NCBI GenBank assembly: GCA_002104945.1
Contig: MCFH01000031.1
Coordinates: 62,001-126,000 of the forward strand
Source of the DNA: Piromyces finnis finn
Taxonomy: Eukaryota > Fungi > Neocallimastigomycota
Direction of reading: 5' to 3'
DNA: 64,000 nt
This document shows, in pieces, positions 39,978 to 53,065 of this stretch. The notes under the pieces are model-generated. The model was not told the origin of the DNA. It saw only the letters and a program-made list of their open reading frames with translations, and searched no databases. Within the stretch, counting starts at the first letter, position 1; each line of letters begins with the position of its first letter. Made by a program: the position numbers and the translations under genes.

Positions 39978-42900
39978 TTTTTTTTTTTTTTTTTTTTTTT
40001 TAACGGCATCAAATATTTTAAACTTTATTATTAATTTAATTAAAATTATAATACATGTAATATAAAAAATCAAAAATAAAAATAAAAATAAAAAAAAATA
40101 TGTTTAAATAAACACAAATGAATAAAAATTGGGTATAATGTATTCTAGTAATTTTAATTAAAGTAAGAAAGCCACTATTATACTAAAGTATAATAATTGT
40201 ATTTGACTTCCAATGGGACACCGAGCCAAAGATCAAAATTTTGTCATGGAACAAAATTATGATCTCCATTGGTTGCGCTGGCCCTCCTGGCCTGTCTTAC
40301 TGTTTCTTCAGTATTGACGCTCTTGGATGTTGCTTCAAACCTTTTGAACATTGACCATTGCTGGCCAATAGCAAAAGGCATGATTTTGGTTAGAAGTTCT
40401 GCGGTTACCGTCAAGAATGGTGTTCCTTCATTAGTATCAGATTGAATCTGACACTTACAAAGTTCTTTCTATTCCCTTGAATTGTAATTGATATTGTTAA
40501 AACTTCTTCCCCCAAGAAGGAATTTAAATATTTTACTGCACACACTAGAATAATCATACACATTAATATTTACCGGATTATTAGAACTATTACTATCATT
40601 AACTAAATTACTATCTAAATTAGAATTATTATCTTCACTATTGCTATCATTACTAATATTATTATTTCTATTATTGTTATTATTACTATTGTTATTATTA
40701 CTATTGTTATTGTTATTACTACTATTGTTACTATTACTATTAATATTATAATTATCTCTACTGATATTAACATTTTCATTATTATTGATAGGACTGTTAG
40801 AATTACGTTGACTGAAAAAATTTAGTAGCTGGACTATGGAATCATAATGCTTAATACGGATATCTCTAAATCTTGGACAATCTAATAACCAATGTTTAAT
40901 ACTTTGAACACCACACTTGCAACATGGACAGTAGTTAGGACAAACTGGATCAACAAATTTAGCAGCTTTGGCAACTCTAGCATCCAACTTGTATCCGCTT
41001 CTTGCTTTCAATAGCCAGTAGAAGCCATAGGCAAACTCTGGGTACTCATAACATAATTTAATAAAATCTTTAGTTTCAATAAATTTATTATCATCATAAT
41101 ATTGCGCTTTGATTGAATTTCCTTTGAGATCTTTCCAATAAAAGTTTTTAACTGCTTTAACATCTCCATGTTTCTTTAGTTTTTTATCAAGTGTCCTACT
41201 TGATTTGCACCACGTGTATTTTCTAAATTTAGGAATGTAATTGACAAGGTATGAGATAATACAATTTGAGTTTTTCCATTTGTTAAAACATCTAACCTGA
41301 GCTAATGCACATTTGGCTGACAATGGAGGAATATTCAAATCTTTTGAGATAGAGTATAAAGATATAAACGATACAGCTTTATGAACTCCGGCAACCCATC
41401 GTATTCCTTTGTTAACATGCTTCTGAGCAATCCTAGACCTAGCTTTGTTGGATCCAAGTAATGGTGCAAAGTATGAAACTCTGCTGATTACTTGTGAGTT
41501 AAGTACTAGTTTTTTGAAAGGAATAGGAATATTAGGATTTCTTAAGAATTTACTGACTGAGAAAAGTCCTTTCAAAACCTTGTTATTAAGAGCTTTAATT
41601 ACTGGTTTAAGGGACAAATTCTTATCAAATGGAACACCAAGATAAGTATAACAATCAGTAGTTGGAATGGGTTGTCCTGCTAAGTAAAATGTTGGATCTC
41701 TCTTGTTCTGGTTTTTTATTGATTCAGGACGAATCACCATCGTTGAACATTTCTGAATACCAAATTCCATTTCATTATACAAAGCCCATTCATTAACTCT
41801 TCTAAGCATCTTTTTTAAGTATCCTCTTGTTGGAGTACAAATAACTATATCATCTGCAAAAAGTCCACCACAGCATCGAGTGTCACCTAAACTGACACCG
41901 AGATCTTCGCACTCTTTAAAAATATCATTAATAAAGAGATTAAAAAGAATAGGCGAAAGTGGGCAACCTTGACGGACTCCTTTCTTCACATCAAAAGATT
42001 TCGAGAATTGTCCATCTAATTTGACACTAGCCTTAGATGATAAATATAAATTTTTGATGAATTGTAAACTCTTACCTCGAATTCCTAAACAATCTAATTT
42101 ATGGAGAATATTACCGATTGGGACTGAATCGTATGCTTTCCTGAGATCTAAAAAGGCCAAATATGTCTCTTTATTATCTAATTGACGTCTACAGCATATT
42201 TCTTGGATTGAAATGAAAAGACTGATACTTTCTTCCTTTTTTCGAAAACCAAATTGTTCAGGTCTAATGAAATTATTCTTTAAACCATATTCTGAGATTC
42301 TAGTGGTGACAATTTTTGAAATCAACTTAATACCATTATTGATAAGTGATATACCTCGATAGTTATCACAATCTGTCAAATCTCCCTTCTTAGGAATAGA
42401 AACAATACTGGATTCATTCCAAGAGCTGGGGAAGTCTCCATCCCAAATACGGTTAAATAATTTAAGAATAAAATTTAACCCATGAGCATCATTATCTGAA
42501 GTGGTATTGCCGGAAGAATTATTATCTGTAGCATTATTAGAATCATTACTTGATGGAATTAATGCTTTTTAAAATTCAATTGGAATACTATCTGGACCTG
42601 ATGCTTTATAATTTGGAGTAGAGAGGATAGCTGACTTGACTTCATCAATACTAATATCTTGGTTGATATCCCATTCATCAAGCATAGGAAGTAAAAAACG
42701 TTTATTCGTTGGTTCTTCATACCAATGCTCCAAATCAAGACTTACACCACTTGGATCTGATGCAAGGCTTTCGAAATGATCATGCCACACTTCTAGTTGT
42801 TCTTCTGTAGCAACAACTAATTCTCCATTTTTATTTTTAATTGGTTGAGCAATAAAGAAAGAGTCTTTTCCAATTTTTGCAGTTTTCTTGATCCATTTCC

Positions 42901-44764
42901 AGGCCTTCTTAGGATTATGACTCTTCATATACTCACATCCTGTTTTAATCCAATGAAGATATTCTTGTTTCCTAAAATCATTACATCTTTTGTGGATGTA
43001 ATCAATCAGCTTACGGTAGATTTTAATTCTTTTAATAAATTCATCTATATCATAAATTCTTTCTTTTTTAAATCTCTTATACAACTTCATTTTGATTTTT
43101 TGAAGATTAAAAATTTGTTGTGAAATATGAAATGAAGACTTTATAACATTATTTGCTGAGGTAATACTGAGCTCGTCTGCAATTGAAAAAGCAGTTGAAG
43201 TAAATTCTTTGGAAAGTTCATCTGTTGAAACATTAGAATCGTTGAGTTTTGCTGAAAGTATTTGGAATTTATTATGACTGGGAATAGATTCCTTTTCCTC
43301 AATACATTTTAATCTATTCCATTTCAGAATTTTCTTAGGAACAATAAAGTCATTAGAAAAATCTTCCATAGGAATAATTTTACCATTAATAAGGAGTGGC
43401 TTATGGTCTGATACTGGATAAAAATTATTTATAAATGATCCTGAGTGAATAAGATCTTTTATCTTCGAATTGATAAGAGCATGGTCAATGTCGGAAGATT
43501 GATCACTTCGAGTCCAAGAGATAGTAGACCCTCTAAGCGGAAGAATTTCCCAGTCTCCTAATCCATTAGTTGATAACCAGTTGGATAATTTTACTTTAGA
43601 CATATTAAAATCACCAACGAGAATTGATGGATGGGATGAATGAGTTTGTAACCACAAGCGAACTTCTAACTTTGCATGATCAACATAGTTGTTGTGATGA
43701 CTATGAGGCATATAAACATTTCCAATCGAGCATTTGAATCTATTCCAGAGACTAAAAGTATAAATAGAAATAATATACTTTCCAGAGAAGTTTTCAAGTG
43801 AGGCTTAACACGAATTGTGAAAACCTAAATATAAGCCTCTCATTCCAGGAACTGATTCATCAGCTTTCTTGAAAAAGTGTCTATAGTTTCGTAAAGTAAC
43901 ACGACAAAGATAATCTGTATTCGAACCAGAACCATTACCAGTTTATTGGAAACATAAAAATAATGGTTTGAAAATAGCTGTGAAATAGCTAATACTATCT
44001 CTCTTTTCGTGATTCCACCCATTGGTGTTCCAACTAAGACAAAAAGAAAAGTTATCAGGCTTGTTGGATGAGGAAGAATCGTTGCTATTATTATTATTAT
44101 TAAAGTCATCGTTATTAAGGGATGATGCATCAGAGGAATAAGTAGAACTATTACTAGATGGCTGTGAAACTGAAGAATTATCAACTATTGAACTGTTATC
44201 AGAGTTGATAGAACTATTAGAATTAATTGTTGAATGTTGAGATTGAAATTGTGTTTGCTGTAGATCTGGAATATTTTCATGATGGGAAACTTGTTGAAGA
44301 TCTTGTTGAAGATCTTGTTGAAGATCGGATTGTTGATGAGATTGTTGAATTGATTGTTGAATAGAATGTTGATGTTTATTAGAAACTAAAATTTTACGTT
44401 TGAGTGTGGAAAAAGTGTATTTGTGATTCCTTCTACTACGAGCTGAAAAGGAAATTGAGGTAACTGAAAATTTCTTCTTTAACATGTGTAAGATTTTAAT
44501 ACAATCTTTCGATGAACCATGAACCTTGACTAAGAAAAAGTGATCATTGAGAGTCTGAAAATATTTAACACTAATAACTGAATTAAATTTATCTTCTAGA
44601 ATAACCTCGAGTTTTTCCTATAGCATATTAACTGACCATGATCGAATACCACGGATAAAGAAGGAGCGAATATCATCTAAGGGGATACCATAAGACCGGG
44701 TACCACGTCTGATATAATTCTTATCTTTAATATAAAGGACTGACATGATAATTAATTCTAATTA
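39978..44764 (-). mobile_element. Full-length non-LTR retrotransposon (LINE, APE-RT type), inactivated
   Basis: APE motifs WNTNG, Q(E>stop)T, GDFN, DIDH, SDHKP. RT motifs YRGISL, FLDLRKAYDSV, QGCPLSPILFN, LFADD, YTYLG. C-terminal CPCCKCGVQSIKHWLLDC. Poly(A) 39978-40001. The 5' boundary (possible TSD AAAAATATT at 39971/44765) is tentative. Confidence 0.95.
40244..44746 (-). pseudogene. Single 1500-codon LINE reading frame interrupted by 5 in-frame stops
   Basis: ATG 44746 to TGA 40244 in one frame. Stops at 44618-20, 43943-45, 43805-07, 42569-71 and 40469-71. The track ORFs 43943-44485, 42569-43711 and 40469-42379 are all in this frame. Confidence 0.88.
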
Positions 44765-45191
44765 AAAAATATTAAATATAAAATAAATACTAATAAAAAT
44801 TATAAATATAACGTATATGGAAAAAAATCTGTCTCTCTCTTCTTAAAAGTACTGGATAGTACAAAAAATTGTTACGATGCTTTGTTTAAAGTTTCTTTTT
44901 TTTGAAATCTAGTTGTAAATTTTCTTTAAAAATTCTAGTTTTGATTTGTTGTTAGTAAATTCGATTCGCTTCTTGACACTAAAATTGCTTGACTTTACTT
45001 TTCATTAAATATTTAAATTGGTAAAAAATTTGAATCAAGAATGTCGACACCAGAAAGCTTGTGAATAGTATTTATACATGATGTAGAGTGAATCAGTTTC
45101 TTACAAGAAACAATACAACAATAGCTACATGAATATAAAAATACAATGCAAATGCTAAAGTTGACTACATTGGATTCTTACAAGAGAAGTG

Positions 45192-45616
45192 TTTTTTTTT
45201 TTTTTTTAGACTAGGAAGAGAATACACATCTTTTATTTATTTATTTAATTTGAGATATTACATAACATTAGGTGATAATACATATTGATATTGATATAAT
45301 AAATAATAAATAAAAATAATAAAATATATATAAATAAAAATATAAATATAAAATAATATAAAATAATATAAAATAATTATTTAAGTTGCATAAAAGTTCA
45401 ATGAATTCTGCAATTTGTACTGTGTGGGATTGGTCCCTACCTAATAAATTAAATGAAATAAAAAAAAGAAGTAACATCAGGTATGATAGTGTGGTGTCCA
45501 CTAAACTTTCCCATGAGTTCATAATGTTTTCATTCGAATTTGAGGAAATACTAACATTGAACCCTGGTACGGAACATTGGAAATGTTCCTTTGTCATATC
45601 GGTACGACGTCGGCGC
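45192..45616 (-). mobile_element. Second candidate tRNA(Gly-TCC-like)-derived SINE/retroposon (about 409 nt + A16) with 13-14 bp TSD
   Basis: TACAAGAGAAGTG (45179-45191) and TACAAGAGAAGAG (45617-45629) flank T16 plus body. The head GCGCCGAC-GTCG-TACCGATA-TGAC-AAA-GGAACA-TTTCCAA-TGTTCC-GTACCAGGGTTCAAT has D-like, anticodon-like and T-loop-like parts. Confidence 0.65.
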
Positions 45617-46291
45617 TACAAGAGAAGAGTAGTACTACATGAATACATGAATGAAAGAAAAAATACAGCAACAAAATGTATTACTCCTCTAATTAAATAG
45701 TGATATTTCTTTTGTGTCTTCTTTAATTCTAAGTTGTAAATCTTTTTTTCCCCTTGAAATGTAATTATTAATAAAACCACTTCCACAAAAGAAATATAAA
45801 TGTTTTTTTTTTTCATACAAACATCTAGGATAGAATAAATCAATTATTTTTAACTATGTTACTTATTTGAACTATAAAAATTATTCAAACTTAATACTTT
45901 TATTTTAAAATCAATTTTATCATTTATTTTATCCCTTTTCTTTGATTTTAAAATTCAGTTTAACAACACTATATAATAATTCAAAAAAAAAGTTTTCCCT
46001 TCATATTTTCAAAAAAATTACCCTTATTACTTCTTATTACTTCCCTTATTTAAAAATTATCTATTTTTAAATTAATTTTTAAATTTTATATTTTTATTTA
46101 ACTATAGTTAAATTTATAAATAATGATAATGATAGTTAAGATATGATTTACTAATTACTTATTATATATACATTACATAAATCTTTGTATATAATTAAAA
46201 AATGATTTTGTTATTAAATATGAAAAATTTATTATTTAAAATTATGTTTATTAACATTCTACAAATAATTGTTGAAATAACATTATTATAT

Positions 46292-47192
46292 TTAACGGTA
46301 ACGACGTAATGAAGTAGTGTTTTGCTTCTTCCATGTAGCTCTTCTTCCAGAACCAGAAGTATTATTGTATCTGTGACCCTTGTTGTGACCTCTAGATTTC
46401 TTACCAGTAGCAGTAAGACCACGAGCTTCACGGTGCTTATGAACTGGATTAACAATCCAGTTAATTCTAGCATCACGACGAATAGCCTTATGAGATGGGT
46501 CTACAAGAATAACTTCATAATATTTGTATGTAGAATCTTCATTAATCCAGTAGGAATTTAAAACACGTAAATTACCACACTTACGAGCAACTCTTTCTTC
46601 AGCAGTAGCACGTAATTTCTTTTGGTATTTTAATTCAGCAATACCTTGGTGAACTGGCTTACCATAAACAATACCCTTTGGGTTTGGTCTCTTACGACCA
46701 CCACGGCGAACACGAACTCTGTAAACAACATAACCTTGCTTGGCCTTGTATCCTAAACGACGAGCCTTATCTGGTCTAGATGGACGACTAGCACGGTGAA
46801 TGACATTTAATTGTCTGTATTCCCAACTACGAATTCTTCCTAAGAATCCAAGAACATCGGATTGTTTTCTCTTATATAATTCTTCAATGTACTTGTAAGC
46901 TATTTAAAATATTATAAAATAATTGTAAAATTGATTAATAAGTCGTTTCTTTATTATGGTCATCGATCTTATTCACAGTGAATTCATACTATAAACAAAA
47001 TAATAAAATTATTAAATTTTACTATTTTTATTAATATATAAAAATATTAATACTTTAAAGTGATTTCTACTCTTTACTTTCATAGTACAAAAGTATCAAT
47101 CATAGTACGAATTATATTTTAAAACTGTGAAGGATCTATAAAAAATTTCGACTATATTTTACAATTTTTATTTATTTCTACTAACCACCCAT
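46292..47192 (-). CDS. RPL15: 60S ribosomal protein L15 (eL15); exons 47186-47192 and 46292-46899
   Basis: ATG GGT G|gttag...tag|CT TAC AAG gives [18 protein letters not shown]...[15 protein letters not shown]...LRVLNSYW...[10 protein letters not shown]...SLRRYR*. Confidence 0.98.
46941..47153 (-). other. Nested inverted repeats forming a long RNA duplex in the RPL15 intron
   Basis: Four nested helices: 47149-53/46941-45, 47133-36/46965-68, 47124-31/46972-79, 47102-13/46981-92. Confidence 0.75.
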
Positions 47193-47406
47193 GATCTAGA
47201 TATATATTTTTTATATTTTTTTTATAATTTATCAAATTTATTTTATTTTTAAAAAATATTAATATTTATTAGTTTTTGTTTATAGTTTTTTTTTATATTA
47301 TATTTATTTTTACCTTACACTAATTATAATTTAATAATTGAAAGAGAGAATAAAAATTTTTTTTAATTTCTTTGATAAAAATAAGAAAATGATATGTCAA
47401 ATCAAA

Positions 47407-47415
47407 TGATTGGCT
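47407..47415 (-). promoter_or_regulatory. CCAAT box between RPL15 and HIT1
   Basis: AGCCAATCA on the minus strand. Confidence 0.5.
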
Positions 47416-47510
47416 AATATTTAATAAGAAAATTTATTTTTCAAAAAAAAAAAATAAAGGAAAAAAAAGAATAATAAAATATAATAATATTAATAATATA
47501 AAATATTAAA

Positions 47511-48365
47511 ATGAACAAGAAATTGTGTCAAGTATGTAATGAAAATGAATCAAAATACAAGTGTCCAACATGTTTAATTCCATAGTAATTTATATTCATT
47601 TATTATTGATATATAGTTTTCATATATTTTAGATATTTAAATTGGTTATAACTTTTTCTCTATTCAATAACATCCATTCGTTTTATGTTTTATATATTAA
47701 CAGCTGTTCATTAATTTGTTACAAAAAACATAAAGGTAATAATGAGATTTTGTATTTCAATTAAAGTTCTATTTAAAATTAATTTGAATATAATGTTTTA
47801 TAACAATTTTAAATATTCATATATATGCTTAAAACTAAAAGAGAATCCATGCAAGAAACCTGAAACCACTACTACTGTAAAAATTGAGTCAGAAAAGAAA
47901 GAAGGTATTTTCTTATACATTTATTATTGTGCAATCTTTTTTAATATTAAAATAATTTTAATTTATTTATAATATACTTATTGTATATAAATTATTAAAT
48001 CCAATAATATAGAAAAAAAGGATGAAGAGGATGAAGAATATTTAACTAAGGTATCAGAAGAAAAATTAAAGCAATTAGGTATTATAATTAAAAGGATAAT
48101 CATTATTATGTATATAATTATATATTAAAAATGTATTATTATTATTATTATTATTATTTGTATATCTATTGAAGGTCAATCGAAAGAGATAAGGGATTTA
48201 TTACAATATGAACAATTAAAAGAATTATTAAAAGAGATAGATGATTCATCTAAGCCAGAACAATTATATGATCAAGCTTTTAATAACAACCCCTTATTCA
48301 AAGAATTTGTTGATAAATCATTGGCAATTATTGACAATGAAGAGAATAATAACAATAATAATTAA
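47511..48365 (+). CDS. HIT1: zf-HIT protein (ZNHIT3/Hit1, box C/D snoRNP assembly), 5 exons
   Basis: MNKKLCQVCNENESKYKCPTCLIPY|CSLICYKKHK (zf-HIT). C-terminus IRDLLQYEQLKELLKEIDDS...NPLFKEFVDKSLAII is ZNHIT3-like. Confidence 0.88.
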
Positions 48366-48802
48366 GGCTAATAAATAACATGTAAAAAATAATATCATAT
48401 CAATATCATATATATATAACATTTAATTTAATGATGTAAATTAATTTTTTCAGAAACTTCATAATTATCTCATTTTCATATATTAATCAAAAATTATCAA
48501 ATATATACTTTATAACTTATTTCATATCATTAAAAATATATTTAAATATAAAATATTTAAATTTTATATTTATTAATTTACTTTTTAAGTTGGATATAGA
48601 ATTAAATACAAATAGTATAGTATAGTATAATATTTTTTTTTTTTAATTTTTTAAAACATAAAAGAAATAAATTATGGTAATAAATGCGTGTAGATATATA
48701 ATAATTTATAAATATAAAACTTATAAATAATACTTTTATCTTTTATTAAAAAAATAGAATAAAATAAAATATGACAGAATAAAATAGTTAATCTTAAAAA
48801 AG

Positions 48803-51412
48803 TTAATTAATTGTTGTGTAATTATTTATATTTTTTATGGTATCTTTATGATTTAATACTACCAATTTTTCTTTTTCTATATTTTTTGAATAATGGTAAT
48901 ATAAATGGCATAAGTCATTGAAAGAGCTTGTTACAAATATTCCGATTGCAGTATAGATTAGATGATTTACTTTAAAGTCGTTTATGATTTCGTTATATTC
49001 CATATTTTGATTTAAATTAATGTATTTTAAGAATAACTGAATTATGAGGAATACCCAATGAATTAATCTACCTACAACCAATGCTATTATTGGAAGAGAT
49101 AAAGTCTTTATAATTAAATTTTTTATATGGGTATTTACATTATTAATATTTATAGTCAAATATGCTTCTTTTGTTCTACGATTATTAATATTTTGAGTAT
49201 TATTTAAATTATTATTATTATTATTGTCATCATTATTATTTATTGCGTTATGATTCTCGTTATTTATATCATTTTTGTCATTTTTATTAATTCTTTGTGT
49301 TTCTGTATTCTGGGAATTGTTTATTTCTTGTAAATTATTACTTTTGTTATTCTTAGGAGATAATGCTGGCAGTTTTTTACTTATATAATTTGAAGTGTCA
49401 GACGAAGATGGTTTATTTAATGAATCATTTGATAACGATGCTTGTTTAATTTTCAATTCCATACCATCATCTACCAATTTAATAGTTTCTTTATCATTAC
49501 TCTTCTCTATTTTCTTTTGTTTATTGGTAATTGTATTTTGTTCATTATTATTATTTGTTAACTTTGTATATAAACTTTTTTGTTTATTTAGTATTTTCAT
49601 AAAATTGTTTTCTTTATTTGATAAAATAATATTTTTGAGAGAGCTTCTTAATTTTATATCAATATTACTGTCAATCATTTCATTATATTTTTTATTACTT
49701 TTTGGACTATTAATTATATTTTGTAAAGAATTATAATTATTACTATCAAATACATTATTTATTGATAAAATTTTATCTGTTGCTAAAGACGAACAATCAC
49801 GATTATTTAAAGCATCACATGAATAAGCCTTATTTTTTAAGAAATCTTTATTTAAGAAAGGTGGCATAGATTGGCATTTTTTATGATGTTTATTATGAGA
49901 ACTACTATCATTTAAATTATTTACATCGCTTCTAAGGTTGTTCCTCATGTTGTTAATATTATTTATTTCATTTGCATTTATTGTTGATATACTTAAATGT
50001 TTATTTAATTTATTTATATTAATATTGATATTGTTATTATTATTTTCGTTACCCATATTATTTGCAATATTATTACGGATATTATTATTATTATTATTGT
50101 TGTTTTGATTATTGTTATTATTTAAGTTATTATTTACTGCTTGTTGTCTAAATAAGTTATTTCCACGATTGGTTTCATTTAATAAAAAATGGAATATTTT
50201 GCTTTTTAATACAGCTAATAAAATAATAGCTTTTTCATATTCAACATAGAGAATTTGAGGATTTGCTTGATTTAAATTTTGGGTATCTTCCATAATATTA
50301 ATTTTTAAGGTGAATGAAGAAGGCGAAATGAAATTTTCATTAATATGAACTCTTGCATTTGGAAATGTTACTGATTTAGATAATTTTAACAAACGTCTTT
50401 GTTCTCTTATTTTTTCATCATTTTTTAATCCTAAATTTAGTTTTAGAGTATATATGTAATTTAATATTAATCTAATTGCAGAGGGAAAGAAATCACATGA
50501 AATGGTATATAACAAAATCATAGTTATCATTATTTCTTTATTATCAGTAAAATGCATTATAGCAGCACTAATTAGAAATGAAAATTCCCATGGAATAAAT
50601 AACATAACTATTTTAAAATTTAACAATCATTAATAAGTACTCATTCACTATTTTTATCAATAAAATTAGCTTATAAATATAATATAATAAGTACTTAATA
50701 AGGATGCAGAGAAACATCTATACATTAAATCTTTAATTTCATTATCTATTTTGTTATTGCTTAATTCTTTTTCAAATATTGAATTTAAGATTAATTTTCT
50801 ATTATTAAATATAAACAATTATTTAATATAGTCATTAAATTGTTAAAAGAATATTAATTCAAATATTAAAATTTAAAATAAATAAATATTTACCCATAAA
50901 TATAACTAAATTCCCATATACAAAATAAAATACAAATATATTTGATAATTATTGGACTATAACGAAGCAATGAGTTTGTGGTTTTGACTGTTGATATACA
51001 AATTTTTTGTAATAAAGTCTTTTTTGGTATTAAAATAGTATATGGTGTTTGGCAACTTGGACAATGTAATTTATTCTTTTCATCCATTTCTCTCTTCATT
51101 TTAATCCAATTTAATAAACATTCCTCATGCTTTTAAAATTTAAATGTTATAATTTATTAAAATTTATATTATAATAATGTTATTTTTTTTTATTTTATTA
51201 TTAGATAATGGTTATAATCATACCACATATTGTGTTGAACCCTTACAACAGCATGGTGTTAACCATTTTTCATTTGGATCTACAAGATCATGTTTTCCTG
51301 ATATTGGATTAATTTCTTCTTTAAATTCTGATTGAAGACAAATCCAACATTGTCTATTAATCAATTCCATTTTTGGCTTTGTTTTAATGTTTTTTTCAGT
51401 ATCGTTATTCAT
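48803..51412 (-). CDS. RING-CH (RINGv) membrane E3 ubiquitin ligase, MARCH5/MITOL-like, with Asn-rich insertion
   Basis: CWICLQSE...WLTPCCCKGSTQYV|HEECLIKWIK...CPSCQTPYTILIPK, followed by TM segments and a C-terminal TLSLPIIALVVGRLI...LYYHYSK...VLNH that resembles MARCH5. Confidence 0.85.
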
Positions 51413-52612
51413 TGGGTATAATATTGTTTTTGTAAGAAATTTATAATAAATTACTGAATAAAATTGTTTCAAAATTTTGTATTAATTAGATATTATATGT
51501 GTATGAATTATGAATAATATATATTTTTATTTATATGTGCTAAATATATTTAATTACTATTACTAATTATATTGAATATTTATTAATAACTTAAAGAGGT
51601 GTTAAAATTGTTATTATTTATTGATATTATTATGTGAATTATAATACTATTTATATCTGAAGATAATACTTATTTTTAATATAAATAAAAAAAATCTATA
51701 TTTTTTTATTTATATTTTGTTATTTATTTTAATATAAATAGCAAAACAGTAACAAAACAAAACAAAACAAAATTGTATATCTATACTAAATATAATTGTT
51801 TGTTGCTTCCTTTTGTTATTATTTTATAAGTTTAATTATGCTTTATTTTGAAATAAAAACAAAAGAAAAATAATAAAACTAAATTGAATATTTAAAAATA
51901 CTTTTTTTAGAAATAATAATTATTATGATTATTATTTATATCATTATTTTATGATTATATAATTTTTGGTATTATTGGTTTAATTTTTTTTCCATCTTTT
52001 TTAAACTATTTTAAAATAAAAATAAAGTTAATTATTGATAATTAATTATTTCAATTATTATATAATTTTTTTAATTTACACAATATACTTTTTATTATAT
52101 AATATTCATTAAAGACTTACCATAAAAATAAAGATACATGATACATGTTTTTATTATAAAATTTGAATAGTCACATATATTAGAATAAATTTATTGTATA
52201 TTATACAAATTTTGTTATTTAATTAAATCTTAAAATTTTAATTATATTTAAAACTTTAAAATAAATTTCATTTTCATTAAATAACTCTGGTAAAATTAAA
52301 ACTATTTCTATTCATATATCCCTGTAGTCAACATTTTTTAAATATCAATGAATTAGTGTAAAATATTAGTCATATTAATATTTATATAATAAAATATAAA
52401 AATTATAAAAACATTATTACCATAACATATGAAAAACTGATCATATAACTATGTTTTAAACTATGTTTTCGTTATTATACTAACAAAATAATTCATTATA
52501 GTTAAAATACCAATTTTTATAAAATTTTACTATATAAGATACTTTTAAAGATTTACTTTTTAAAAATGGTTGCTACTCCTGGCAATTTAAGCATCATATT
52601 AATAAATCTTTT

Positions 52613-52621
52613 GACCAATCA
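52613..52621 (+). promoter_or_regulatory. CCAAT box between the MARCH5-like gene and RAD14
   Basis: GACCAATCA. Confidence 0.45.
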
Positions 52622-53065
52622 TGGTCATTAATAAAAAATAATTATATAAATATATAAATATAAATCATTTACTCTCAAACTTTAAATTTTTTTTTAAAAT
52701 TAAAAGTTTAATTATTTGAATTATATACCCAAAGATTATTTTAATATTTAATAAAGTAAAAAATAATTATGTATTATAATTGAATAAATAAAAATTATAA
52801 ACACATATATACATAAATTATTAAAAATAAAAAGGAAATAGTATTATATAATAATTTAATAAAAACTATAAGTTATTAAATAACTATATTAATGGTATAA
52901 TTTAAACTTTTAAGCTATGATAAATAATATTTCGTATTTTTGAATTTTTAAATAAAGTTAATAAAATATAAAATATTATAATTATTAATTATATAATTAA
53001 TTAAACAAGTTAATTTAATAATATATATTTTAAGTTTTATTTTTTATTTAATAAGTTTAAGTAAG

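Noticed and set aside
45386-45700. 104-aa plus-strand ORF
   Set aside because: Lies antisense across the second SINE and crosses its TSD boundary; no protein motif.
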